Positions 37,188 through 48,500 of a stretch of DNA of 64,000 nucleotides are shown piece after piece. This stretch comes from Balanoglossus misakiensis (Eukaryota > Animalia > Hemichordata), in NCBI GenBank assembly GCA_040954595.2, contig CM082591.2, forward strand, positions 9,315,209 to 9,379,208, written 5' to 3'. Below the pieces are notes generated by a model. That model saw nothing but the letters and a program-made list of their open reading frames with translations, was not told the DNA's origin and made no database searches. Within the stretch, counting starts at the first letter, position 1; each line of letters starts with the position of its first letter. The position numbers and the translations under genes are program-made.

Positions 37188-38185
37188 CCACACTTCCAAC
37201 AGAAATCAATTTTCAAGAGTACTGCTGCCACACGATTGCATGATCTACCATATCTGTGCAATACAAAGCAAAGAGAGAGCATTTGTTAAATATTAAACTA
37301 CTTTGGTTGGTTAATTTGAGAACTTTTAGACAAATATGTGGCACAAAGAGAAATATTGAAACACAGAATTATTTAGACTAATATTAACAACAATAATTGG
37401 ATAAAACTAAATTATTCTGCAGTTTTTATATTTGAGTTAGTATAAACTATTTATCAGAGTCATTTTATTTTTATTGATACTAGTAAGTAGAATTTAAAAT
37501 TTCAAAATGTTGATATAGCTACATATGTCAGTGAAAAAATATATATTTTCTCAGATTAAAAAAAATATGTCAAGGTACTTACCCAGCCACATAAGTACAG
37601 TGGGAACTTTTTAATCACTCCAGTCTCTTTCTCAATAGCAACCCACAGTTCATGGGAACAATCTGCTTATCTTTGTGATTGTATAAATTTTGATTTCAGG
37701 AAACAGTATGGAGAGATGTGATGGTAATAAACTTCAAAAAGAAACTGTGAGGAAAAATAATTGAATGCCTTGCCCTCTTTATAATCATTCAACAGCCTTT
37801 TTGATAAACTGGTCTTGCTAATGTCAAATTCATGTTCCTGCAAGTATTTCTGGATATCAGTTATCATAGTTGGGGGCCATATATGCATTCCTGCATTTTC
37901 ATTTTGCCATGCAGACGTCAAAGTGGTGAATGGGTCTGGCAAAACACAGCCATCATAAATGACCAATGCCATTTTCTATTCTTCTTGGCGCACTTCCTCC
38001 TTCTCTATGGCTGTTGTACCCACGGGAGTCTTGTTTATATATACTGCATACTAGTATGCTAGTGCCACCAACTCTTCTTTTCTCCCAGAAACAGGCAGAT
38101 CTCTTTTCTGAAGGAATGTTTTGAGATCTGGCACCTACCATAATTTTAATGTCAGGTCAGCCTCATGAATACCCTGAGATGACAT
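37188..38185 (-). pseudogene. SAP + SWIM zinc-finger protein fragment (N-terminus of transposon-associated SWIM/YqaJ-type ORFs); exons 38185-37583 and 37253-37188
   Basis: W*VPDLKTFLQKRDLPVSGRKEELVALA (SAP), LPDPF, WPPT, DYKEGKAFNYF, ELWVAIEK, and HCTYVAG/YGRSCNRVAAVL (degenerate SWIM). Multiple stops; no YqaJ domain is visible. Confidence 0.7.
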
Positions 38186-38536
38186 TTTTCTACAAGAGAT
38201 AAAATAAAAATATAGTTTTAGTCACACTGTTAATAATACCTGGTGTTCATATAGAATATATAATAAAGAAGCGTTTTTTTTTTCAAAATAGGTTAAAATC
38301 ACTCATGATTTTCATGAAAATATTAAATCAAGCACTACCGATGTCATTACATTTAATGACATTTTTCTACAAGAGATAAATTAAAAATATAGTTTTAGTC
38401 ACACTGTCAACAATACCTGGTGTTCATATAGAATATAAAATAAAGAAGCGTGTTTTTTTTTTTCAAAATAGGTTAAAATCACTCATGATTTTCATGAAAA
38501 TATTAAATCAAGCACTACCGATGTCATTACATTTAA
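38180..38536. repeat. Two-copy tandem repeat, ~177-bp unit
   Basis: TGACATTTTTCTACAAGAGATAAA... starts at 38180 and 38357. Confidence 0.9.
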
Positions 38537-39236
38537 AGTTTCCGGTAGATCAATAAACGAGTCTTGACCATGAGGACCTCACGGTTTTGTACTGTAGTCA
38601 TGTACGTACTAGCATTTAAGGTATCACTCATCAAATAATTCCTTGCCATAATAATATCCTCGTCAACATAATTACATGCCTGTTATCTACCACCATACAA
38701 ACCGATTACGTGCCTAGCTTCACTATTCACAGCCGTACGTATAACTGTTTCCGATCAGGCCTAAAGAAATACGCGTAGGCAAAAAAGTTATGAAAGTCGC
38801 CGAAAATTCGAGTGACAATGCGAGATTCGACTCGAAATGCCTTGAATGGCACACTAAATTTGTCATTCAATGTAAAAACTCACCTCAAAAGTTCGTTTTC
38901 ACTGTGATTCCCTTAAAAATCGCCTCAGCAACGTTTGTGTTGTCAGCTCTTAGATCTGATCTGTCAGCTGACCGAAAGTTTTACCTTTTGACCCCGTGAC
39001 CTCGCACAGGGCGTCATGTTGTAAAATTTTGCACAGTATTGTAAAAAATTTGTTTAATTTATGAACCGTTAGCTGGTTACAGGCCACACAGTGTGCGCCC
39101 TCTATGTTGATATGATTAATCCCATCATGCTTAGCTTCCCGCCATATAGTGCGCTACTTTATTTTTTATGGAAGCATTTTCAACGGCGTTTTTACCTTGA
39201 TGACCATTTTCCGCATTTTATTCGGCCCAATAACCG

Positions 39237-40382
39237 ATGAACGAACGTCAACAACGATCCTGTACGGTCTGTAAGGTTCCCCTACCAATCCACGTAGGCC
39301 CATCAGGCAAGAATTGTCATCTAAACAGCCAAAATCCGTTTCGATACACCAGTATGGCTTCAACTTCAAGCTCCTCCGAGGAAGACAAGGTAACGCCAAA
39401 CCCACCCACAGCCGCACCGACCAATCTTTCGTCATCGGCAACCCTTTCATCCACAGAAAAATCGGACATGTTACTAGCCATTAAGAAAGAGAACGAACAG
39501 CTTCAGCTCGATTTAGAGCTTGAGGCAGAGATTGCCAAAAACGAGTCCCTGAAGCAGCAAGCAAAAATGGCGCGCCATAATACCACCTCATTGACCATAG
39601 GGGGCATCAGACAAGACCCTGCAGTCAAAAAGAAAGTCTCAAGGGCGAAGAAAGCGCTTCAAGTTCCCCACGCCGGCGACAGAGAATCTTCCAATTCAAC
39701 CCAAGATTCCACCGATAGCGATACATCTGACGACTCTGATGATCCACCTAGGACAAAGACAGGCACTTCCCAAGGTAGGCAGCTCGCATACGACCAATTC
39801 ACCACCAAAATTAAGAAAAAGAAACCAAAATCCGGTTCAGCAAGGCGGGCCAGTGATCAAGTCACATACATTGTTCCCTGGCCTCATGAATACACAAGTC
39901 GAATATCAGGCTCCGACTCCACCGGAGATGAGTTGCCCTATGCACAACTGTCATTACCAGCCCTAGTACGTGGGGAGCTGTTCATTTTATTCAATAAAGA
40001 ACCTCGCCAGTATCGCCAAGCAAGAGCGGAGCATCTCACAGAAATCCTCCACTTAGCTGAACTATACACATGGGACGAAGTTCGTTCATATCATGCAGAA
40101 GTTTTGAAGATCATAGAACGAGGAACCCAAGACTGGAATGGCGATTTCTCCCGTGTGAAGGCACGATGCCTTCACGCCAGACTGCAAAAAGGCAACACCA
40201 CTAGCCAGACGAGGTACTGTGCGGAATACCAAACTGGCCAGTGCCAGCAAAGCAAAGACCACACCAACCAAGCCGGAGTTAGGGAGCACCATATCTGCCG
40301 CCCCTGCCTGTTCCTGAGGAAAACCAAAGCGGCACACCCTGCCAAGGATTGCCCCCACAAACCTAGACAACAAAAGGACTGA
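39237..40382 (+). CDS. Gag-like ORF1 of Ngaro element
   Basis: 381 aa. N-terminal CTVC..H..C knuckle, coiled coil, VPWPHEY, YTWDEVRSYHAEVL, and C-terminal Cys/His fingers (YCAEYQTGQC..H..HICRPC..H...C). Confidence 0.85.
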   Translation: MNERQQRSCTVCKVPLPIHVGPSGKNCHLNSQNPFRYTSMASTSSSSEEDKVTPNPPTAAPTNLSSSATLSSTEKSDMLLAIKKENEQLQLDLELEAEIAKNESLKQQAKMARHNTTSLTIGGIRQDPAVKKKVSRAKKALQVPHAGDRESSNSTQDSTDSDTSDDSDDPPRTKTGTSQGRQLAYDQFTTKIKKKKPKSGSARRASDQVTYIVPWPHEYTSRISGSDSTGDELPYAQLSLPALVRGELFILFNKEPRQYRQARAEHLTEILHLAELYTWDEVRSYHAEVLKIIERGTQDWNGDFSRVKARCLHARLQKGNTTSQTRYCAEYQTGQCQQSKDHTNQAGVREHHICRPCLFLRKTKAAHPAKDCPHKPRQQKD

Positions 40383-42587
40383 CAGTTACAGGGCACAGCC
40401 ACACGCAACTCGACCACATTATCCACAGACGACAAAGAACTTCAGACCGTAACGAACGCATTTCCCAACCACACAGGCAGCACCCAGGCAGCCGCCCTTA
40501 CCGACACCCTCATCCCTGTTCCCACCTCGACAGTCCCCGCGATGGACACCCTCAGCTCAGATAGCCGCATGCAACCACCACAGCCGACACACCAGCGCAG
40601 CCTTGTCCGAACAGAACCCACCGCTCCGAATCAGAAGACAGCATCCACAGTCACTTCGTCAGTCCCCGCGATGGACACCCTCAGCTCAGATAGCCGCACA
40701 CAACCACCACAGCCGACACACCAGCGCAGCCTTGTCCGAACCGAACCAACCAGCCAGAATCAGAAGACGGCATCCACAGTCACTTCGACATTTGTATACC
40801 CTATATACAAGGCAAACAATACAGGCGTTCATCGCAGCACAGAACGCACGATTCACACCCATCTGGCCCAGCCTGCATATACGTGGCCACCTTCATGTAC
40901 ATTAGACATTGCCTTTCTCATCTCTTCCCACAACAGAATTCTGCAATCGAACAAGCCCAACTTCTGTGGTGAGCGTATACCCATCCCATCCACATTCGAC
41001 ATCCCACTCTGGCGGGAGAGTCTAGAGCACTATCATGACAAACAAATTGTGGATTTCCTTGAGTTTGGCTGGCCCATCAACTATACGCGTGACCAGTTAC
41101 CCGCCACTGTCAGGCGTAATCACCAATCAGCCTTAACGTTTTTCGAGCACACAGACCAATACATCATGAAAGAAACCAATCTCGGCGCTCTTGCCGGACC
41201 GGTCAGTGACAGTTGTTTTTCCTTCCCAATATCATTCTCCCCACTATCATCAGTCCCAAAGAAAGGCTCGGACGACCGACGTACAGTCATGGACTTATCA
41301 TTCCCCATCGGCACATCTGTAAACGATGGAATACCCACAGACGAGTTTATGGGGCATCCATACAAACTCAGATACCCGTCTATTGACAATTTGGTATCCA
41401 TCATTAATCACCACGGTCCAGGATGCCTCATCTTCAAATGTGACATAAGCCGATGCTACCGATGGATCCCAGTTGACCCACATGACTACCACCTGCTAGG
41501 TTTGACTTGGCGCGGTTCTGTATTCTTTGACACTAAACTGCCATTCGGCTTAAGGTCAGCAGCTATGGCTTGTCAGCGCACCACAAACGGCATTGCCTAC
41601 ATATACGAACAACAGGGCTACAGAGTTACAAACTACATCGATGACTTCGCCGGAGGTGACACACCCCATCGCGCTGAACAGGCATATCAGACTCTCTGTT
41701 CCTTAATTGTCAAGTACGGATTTCAGCTTGCCAATCACAAGTGTACGCCACCCACTACAAAGCTTACCTTCCTGGGCAAAGTGATTGACACCATTCAAAT
41801 GCAAATCAGCATCCCAGACCAGAAACTAGATGACGCAGACCGTTTACTCAGTCAATTTGCCAACAGAAAGAAATGCACAAAACGCGAACTCCAATCTCTT
41901 ATCGGGGTTCTCGCCTTTATTGCAGAATGTGTCCGTACAGCGAGGCTATTTATTGCTCGTATGTTACCACTATTGCACAAAGTCAACCGCCAACACCATA
42001 GAATCAACCTCACCAAACCATTTCGCCAGGACATCGCATGGTGGAAGGCCTTCATGAGACAGTACAACGGCATCAGTATTATGCCCACCAGTCAATATTC
42101 GGAACCCGACCAGATCTTGTCCACAGACGCCTGTTTGTCTGGCTGCGGCGGCTACTTGCAACTTGGAGAAGACACAACCGAATTCTTCCACTCCACATTC
42201 CCAAGCGCCTTTGCTGCCTATCATATATCAATACTGGAAATGTTTGCCATTTTGATAGCACTTCGCTTATGGGCTCACAAGATGGCCGGTAAATCCCTAC
42301 TGCTGCATTGTGACAACATGGCATGCATCTACATCATCAACTCTGGCGCGGGCAGAGAACAAACACTTCTCCAAATTGCCAGAAACATTTGGTTGACAGC
42401 TGCCACTCATAACATACAGATCAGGGCAACTCATCTACCAGGAGCCGACAACCGTATCGCTGACCACCTCTCCAGATGGCATCTCAGTCCCAGCAACAGT
42501 ACACAGTTCTCCAAACTTACCGCCAACAGTAGACAAACAGAAGCCTTTCCACAAGCAGAGCATTTTGACCTCATCAACGACATTTGA
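40383..42587 (+). CDS. Reverse transcriptase / RNase H of Ngaro element (open from 40383; first ATG 40542)
   Basis: RT: RRTVMDLSFP, FKCDISRCYR, LPFGLRSA, NYIDDF, LTFLG. RNase H: STDAC, ILEMFAI, CDNMAC, IADHLSR. Confidence 0.95.
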   Translation, partial: QLQGTATRNSTTLSTDDKELQTVTNAFPNHTGSTQAAALTDTLIPVPTSTVPAMDTLSSDSRMQPPQPTHQRSLVRTEPTAPNQKTASTVTSSVPAMDTLSSDSRTQPPQPTHQRSLVRTEPTSQNQKTASTVTSTFVYPIYKANNTGVHRSTERTIHTHLAQPAYTWPPSCTLDIAFLISSHNRILQSNKPNFCGERIPIPSTFDIPLWRESLEHYHDKQIVDFLEFGWPINYTRDQLPATVRRNHQSALTFFEHTDQYIMKETNLGALAGPVSDSCFSFPISFSPLSSVPKKGSDDRRTVMDLSFPIGTSVNDGIPTDEFMGHPYKLRYPSIDNLVSIINHHGPGCLIFKCDISRCYRWIPVDPHDYHLLGLTWRGSVFFDTKLPFGLRSAAMACQRTTNGIAYIYEQQGYRVTNYIDDFAGGDTPHRAEQAYQTLCSLIVKYGFQLANHKCTPPTTKLTFLGKVIDTIQMQISIPDQKLDDADRLLSQFANRKKCTKRELQSLIGVLAFIAECVRTARLFIARMLPLLHKVNRQHHRINLTKPFRQDIAWWKAFMRQYNGISIMPTSQYSEPDQILSTDACLSGCGGYLQLGEDTTEFFHSTFPSAFAAYHISILEMFAILIALRLWAHKMAGKSLLLHCDNMACIYIINSGAGREQTLLQIARNIWLTAATHNIQIRATHLPGADNRIADHLSRWHLSPSNSTQFSKLTANSRQTEAFPQAEHFDLINDI

Positions 42588-43574
42588 TTTTTTGCAGGAA
42601 TTTCAGGCGAGACAGAGAAATTACAGGCCGAAGTTGCCGCCATCCAGCACGCAGCATTTCGCCCAGGAACACACAGAAATTTGACAACACAGCTGAATTC
42701 ATACTTGGCATTTTGCGCCAAATTCAGGCTACCTACCTTTCCTGCAGACTCTCAAGCACTTTGTATGTACGCATGCTTGTTATCGCATAGTTTTACAAGC
42801 TCAAAGTCTATTCGTAACTACATATCAGGTGTCCGCGCATGGCACAAACTCTTAGGTTACAGTGACATTAGCTTTATCAGCACTGACATTAAACTTACCT
42901 TACTCGGTTTGGACAAGTCTATGTCCACAATGCCACACCCCAGACTGCCCATCTTACCAGAGCACTTGTTATCCATGAAAGCTCACCTTGACCTTAGCTC
43001 TGAATTCGACCTTACAGTATGGTCGTGTATTACATTGTGTTTCTTTTCATTTCTTCGCAAGTCCAATGTTGTCCCTGCTTCCCGGGCAAAATTCTCCCCC
43101 GCGGAACAGCTCTGCCGCATGGATCTCTCATTTACAACTCAAGGTATTCTGCTACAAATTCAGTGGTCCAAGACGCGACAAAAGCATCAGCACCTGCATG
43201 TTATTCCGATTTGTCGCATTTCGCATTCTTGTCTTTGCCCAGTACGGGCATATTCACAAATGGTCAGAAACATACCAGCTGCGGCTTCCAGCCCTGCTTT
43301 CGTTTACCACCAGAAAGGCTCCCTTGTTCCTTTGACCAGCCATTCTCTCTCCCGCAAATTCAAGGAGCTCCTCTGTTTAATTGGCCTCTCCCCTGCAGAT
43401 TACTCTTTTCACAGTCTGCGCAGAGGCGGCGCTACACTGGCAGCCACCGCTGGGGTTTCTGATCATCTCATAAAAATTCACGGGGACTGGCGATCCTCAG
43501 CCTACACAGGATACATCAGCCTTCCGCCCACACAACGTTTTTGCATTACTGAATCCATGGGCAAACTCTTGTGA
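42588..43574 (+). CDS. Tyrosine recombinase of Ngaro element (no ATG at the start of the open frame)
   Basis: Catalytic residues FLRKSN (R), WSKT (K), HSLRRG (HxxR), GDWRS (W), AYTGY (Y); core-binding domain SIRNYISGVRAWH. Confidence 0.93.
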   Translation, partial: FFAGISGETEKLQAEVAAIQHAAFRPGTHRNLTTQLNSYLAFCAKFRLPTFPADSQALCMYACLLSHSFTSSKSIRNYISGVRAWHKLLGYSDISFISTDIKLTLLGLDKSMSTMPHPRLPILPEHLLSMKAHLDLSSEFDLTVWSCITLCFFSFLRKSNVVPASRAKFSPAEQLCRMDLSFTTQGILLQIQWSKTRQKHQHLHVIPICRISHSCLCPVRAYSQMVRNIPAAASSPAFVYHQKGSLVPLTSHSLSRKFKELLCLIGLSPADYSFHSLRRGGATLAATAGVSDHLIKIHGDWRSSAYTGYISLPPTQRFCITESMGKLL

Positions 43575-45106
43575 AATTCCACACAAGTCAGTTATCACTT
43601 TATTCCCTTCCTTTTCCTTCCCATCTTCCCCTCTTTCATACCCGGGTTCATTTCGACCCTTTCTACCCACTCCCTCCTCTATCCTTTATTTTATCTCCCT
43701 GCTTATTCACATTTTACCTTGTTTTATTCTTTTTTCTCTCCTACCGCTTTCTCTTAAATTTTATTTCTTTCCTACTTCCCTTCATTCCCCCTTTCATGAT
43801 CTTTGGCAGCGCTTCGCATTGGTATGAGGTGCATTTCCTTGTTTTTAGCGTTTCAATAAAAGCACCTCCTTTTCTGCCAATATCATGAGTTTTGTTGTAT
43901 TCATTAATTTTGTAAAATTTTGCACAGTATTGTAAAAAATTTGTTTAATTTATGAACCGTTAGCTGGTTACAGGCCACACAGTGTGCGCCCTCTATGTTG
44001 ATATGATTAATCCCATCATGCTTAGCTTCCCGCCATATAGTGCGCTACTTTATTTTTTATGGAAGCATTTTCACCCACCCTTTCCGCATTCCCAAACACA
44101 TCGCTTTATTATTACCTTTTTAAAAAACTCCAGCACTGTAACCTTTACCGTACTCTCATATTAATGGTATGAGGTGCATTTCCTTGTTTTTAGCGTTTCA
44201 ATAAAAGCACCTCCTTTTCTGCCAATATCATGAGTTTTGTTGTATTCATTAATTGGTATCTGGAACTGGCGCACTAAATTTGTCATTCAATGTAAAAACT
44301 CACCTCAAAAGTTCGTTTTCACTGTGATTCCCCAAAAAATCGCCTCAGCAACGTTTGTTTACAATGTCTGCTCTGATCTGCTACGCTGACCTGAAGTTTT
44401 ACCTTTTGACCCCGTGACCTCGCGCAGAGCGTCATGGAACTGGAAACGCGCGAGCTTTGTAACAAGTATGGCGGGCGCTCTGCGACCTTGGATACACCGT
44501 GTTCGAAATACGGACTTGAGAGAGGGCTCTCTAGGACCTTGGAATCTGAAATGTGTAAGTAATCGTTTTCCTAGATGTTTATTTGTTGCAATAAACGTGG
44601 TTTGCGGCTTGCAAGAGTAAATTTCAGATAAAAGGATATCGAACTTGTTCAGTCTGACTTGATGTTCCAGCAAACGAGTGTTTCCATGTAAAGCCCAGGG
44701 TAAAGACTTAGTAAAGGAGCGTGAAAAGGGCCTTTCAGGTTTTGAACAGTCATGAAACTTTACAGGTCGTGGCACATATATGTAAGAAATGTGTGTGCCA
44801 AGTGTGAAGTCTCTATTTTTATTGGACCGGAATTCGTCCCAAAATGTATGGAGGCATGTCACGTCGCTGTCAAATATGCTTTCCAGTCGTTTCGGCACCA
44901 CATAGTTTCGACCCCAGTCGCTTCGGCACCCAATTTTCACGACCCCGGTCTGTTCGGCCCGACACCCAAGTCGTTTCGGTACTTATCAGTAGCCTTAAGT
45001 AAAATTGAATAAAATGTATGTATTTTTCCTGAGACTGTTATAAAAGTAATAGTGGTAACCCTAGCAAAGTAAAATTCAAGCAGACGGTACTAGGAAATAC
45101 ATAGTG

Positions 45107-45554
45107 AACACCTATTGCCTGGCCATGAGGGCCATAGCGGCCGTTTATTACACCCGAGGGGCTGTGAGTCACCAGAATCATATGCTATTTCCCGAGGCCG
45201 CAGGCCGAGGGAAATAGCATATGATTCTGGTAACTCACAGTCACGAGGGGGTAAAAACGGCTGCTATGGCCCGAATATAGGCCAGGCTATAGGTGTTTTA
45301 TAATAAACCTCATGCTAACAGCTGGGAAAATCTTGCAATTTTCTCTTGAGGTTGGCAGACGACATCTTCCGCGGTGGCCATTGTGTCAGACGACGCGACG
45401 CTGATTGACGTGACCGAGTCTGCGCACTCACGCTGGTCACGTGACCGGTTTATATTTTTTCTGCTATTTCCCTAGCGGTTCATAGTCGATTCTATTTTCC
45501 TAGCACGTGACGGATTCTGGCGAATCACGGCACAGTATTAGCATGAGGTATATT
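45107..45554. mobile_element. Crypton-like non-autonomous palindromic element
   Basis: ~190-bp palindrome 45107-45297 centred on CCCGAGGCCGCAGGCCGAGGG, followed by a second IR pair AATAAACCTCATGCTAA / TTAGCATGAGGTATATT. Family assignment is from recalled architecture. Confidence 0.55.
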
Positions 45555-48500
45555 CTAACAGCGATTAACACACTCAGTGTGTTAATACCGTACCGTCGCC
45601 CCTCAATGTCAGTCCCACTGACATCGCCCCTTTACTAAACTAGGCAACAATGAGTCAGGTGGCGACGGTTTTAATATGTGTATATACCCGGGGGACCTAG
45701 AGCCAAGTCAAGTTTAGTTGGGCCATTACCGATAAGTAAATTGCGGGATTTTTTCACTGTACTGATATTCCTTTAATTTTTGGCCATTTTGTCATAAATA
45801 AGTATTTCTTGATATACTATCAGGCAATATCATTTATTAGACTGAAGTATAAGCATATCAGAGGTTATTTAAAGCTTAACTGTTTTTATCAAGTTGCAGC
45901 TCATGGAGCTTTTATGTATATACCCCACATTCTATATGAAAGCTTGAACTGTATAAACACAGATTATAATGTATTCTCTGAACTACAATTTATATTGAAA
46001 TGTACATTAAAATGTACTAGATATTTGTGTGTTTCCAAATGAGTATATACAATCCTGAAACACCAGTATACATATACATGTATCTGTATCTTGGACAAAG
46101 ATACGCCTATTAAAAATGTTCGGGCAGAATGTCTCAGCAGTCAACATGTGGTTGTTTTCTGTGATTTTAAGATTTGTTTACAAAGGATGGACAGAATGAA
46201 CATTGGCAAAATTTTAGACAAGGATAATCATGCATAAAGTTACCACCATTTTTAAAATTCAGGACACACCTACAGTCTCCTATTCCTATACGAACACCAT
46301 GAGAAGGAAACTGTTCCATTACAACAGAGACTAACTTTGCATGAGCATATTGTCATTAAACACAACTCAGACTATATTTTTCAATAATGGTGCCAAGTGT
46401 AAATGATAAGAATGCCGAACTTCCTGTTACCTTTCTATATATTCATATGGAGCTGAGTTTATGCAATCTCTACAAAATATGATGTAAAAGTTTGTAGTGT
46501 TCAATGTGTCTAACTCAGACAGTCAACGTGCACACACAGCTATTCCATCTACTTCCACCACTGCGCCATCTGATACTGGAGCCATATTCAAAGTGTATTT
46601 TCGATCATGATGTCCACTGTAACTGAAGTCGGTCTGCTTGACATAATTGATGTTTCCCACAAGCTATTACAATGATATTATTCAGCTGTTTGACCAACTT
46701 GGTGCAGGCTGGAACAAATTAGACAGGGCTACCGCGACCAAAACGGTGTGCAAAAGTAGGTAAATAGGGTTAAGTAAAAAATTAAATGAAACAATTTCTT
46801 TTTCTGTCTTTTTAAAAATCCATAATCAAAAGATCTTTCTATGCTTACACTTCTACTTTATTGCTAAAATAAACTAGTCTTCAATTGTTTTAGCAGTACA
46901 AAGATTTTAAGAAGTCAAAAAACAGTCTGTTCCAATTTTGATTTGCCGTACGCTTCTCTAGCCTAATGACTGAGATAGTAGAGTTTCAAAATCGCATTTC
47001 CAAAGAATGCTGTGACAGAATTTGTCAATAAAGATTTCAGTTTGTGTGCATTCATTGACGTGATGTGTATTTTCCATCTGCACACATACGTTGCACTGCT
47101 TATTTTGACTAATTAGAGTGATGTAATGCTATTTAAGCAGGATTATGATTGAGTAGAAACTAATATGCATATTCGACTTGCAGGCGGTGCCTCGTTCTTG
47201 TACCGGTATATTTACATTTGAAATCATTTGGGCTTTGACGTTCTTGATGCATGGAGCAAAATTTTATTCCAAATTTTTGCTTTCAAACAAGTAAATATCA
47301 GGAAAAACTTGCAGTAAGCGAGTGTTTGTACTCCCGCTTACCATTTTGAAAACCAACGGAAACCCATTTCGGGAAAATTCTGAAATTGCAGTTAGATCAC
47401 AGGGAGTGATGCTGTGGAGCGAAATAAATCCAAACTGTAATCCTAAACGTTGAATAAATTCTAACTCTAACATGTCAACAAATGTGACCATATTTGTAAA
47501 TAAAAAAAACAAGTAAATAAATGAATAATAAGCTAACCTGTTGCACTATTAAATTATAGAGACTTTGCAGCTTTTCAGCCTTGTTTTCAATCTCGAAGAT
47601 ATTGATTCTACGCTTTGCTAATATTTCTTACCTAGGCCCCCATAAACACCACTCAGTAATATGTTGTTTGAGGGCTTCGTGTCGGCTTTGCTATGGTGGT
47701 GGTACCATAACACACTACAGTTTAACTTTTGAGACAGGCAATTTTAAGGCAAGGTGATAGCGAAGAAACTGACCAGTCGTGACTGTTAGATAGGGGATTT
47801 GATTGCATGATTTATCAGAATTGTAATTGCTGTTAGATTTTTTAGCATTATGACTGTTATAAGCTACCAGTGTCTGTATGTCCCGATGTTGGCATTGTGG
47901 CACAAGGATAATAAGTGTATCAGATGATAAATACCAAATTATCTTAAGCCTCAATGTATGGATTACTTGGCCACATGATTGCACATCCTGTATATTTTGA
48001 ATAATAAGTGGCATATGCTAAAGCTGTTTTATGAATGGTTACTAATACTGATTTCTTTGCCTATTTGATTCACAGGTGCTGCCTCAAATCGTCTGCAGTT
48101 GCTGTCATGCCCAGTCTACGCTACGGTTAGCATATACTTCTGCCACCAAGCCGTGAGATATACTGACAGCCACGTTTGAAACATTTGAGTATACTGATAT
48201 TCAAAGCTTAAATGTCAAGGTATGCTTTATAATCGCTACAAATATACATTTTTGTGCTAATCAGTTTTATGAAGAGTGAGTTGGATCAAATAAAGTAATC
48301 CTTGTACAGTGTTACATAGATGCCAAGTGCGTGTACATGTTCTGTTGTTTACAGATATTTCAGTTTCACTTATCACTTGATTTCCATGTTTTGGTATACC
48401 CATGTAAACCTTCTTTACTGCAGTACTGATGTAAATTGAGTTTCAAGATTTCTGTTTCAAAGAACGCTGTGACACATTTCCCTGATGAGTTTTCCACTGT

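Larger units (their letters stand above)
39019..44254 (+). mobile_element. Intact Ngaro/PAT-type tyrosine-recombinase (DIRS-order) retrotransposon with split direct repeats A1-ORFs-B1-A2-B2
   Basis: A1 39019-39182 = A2 43910-44073 (164 bp); B1 43820-43909 = B2 44165-44254 (90 bp). Contains gag, RT/RNaseH and YR ORFs. No methyltransferase ORF seen and no conventional TSD. Confidence 0.95.

Noticed and set aside
39381-39396. Alternative gag splice donor AAG|GTAACG for the YR exon
   Set aside because: Phase 0, so it would be out of frame with the phase-1 acceptor at 42597.
43820-44254. Conventional LTRs of an LTR retrotransposon
   Set aside because: Repeats are arranged A..B-A-B, and there is a tyrosine recombinase rather than a DDE integrase or protease.
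44359-44940. 193-aa minus-strand ORF
   Set aside because: Spans repeat DNA (flank repeat and GTCGTTTCGGCACC motifs) and has no recognisable protein motif.
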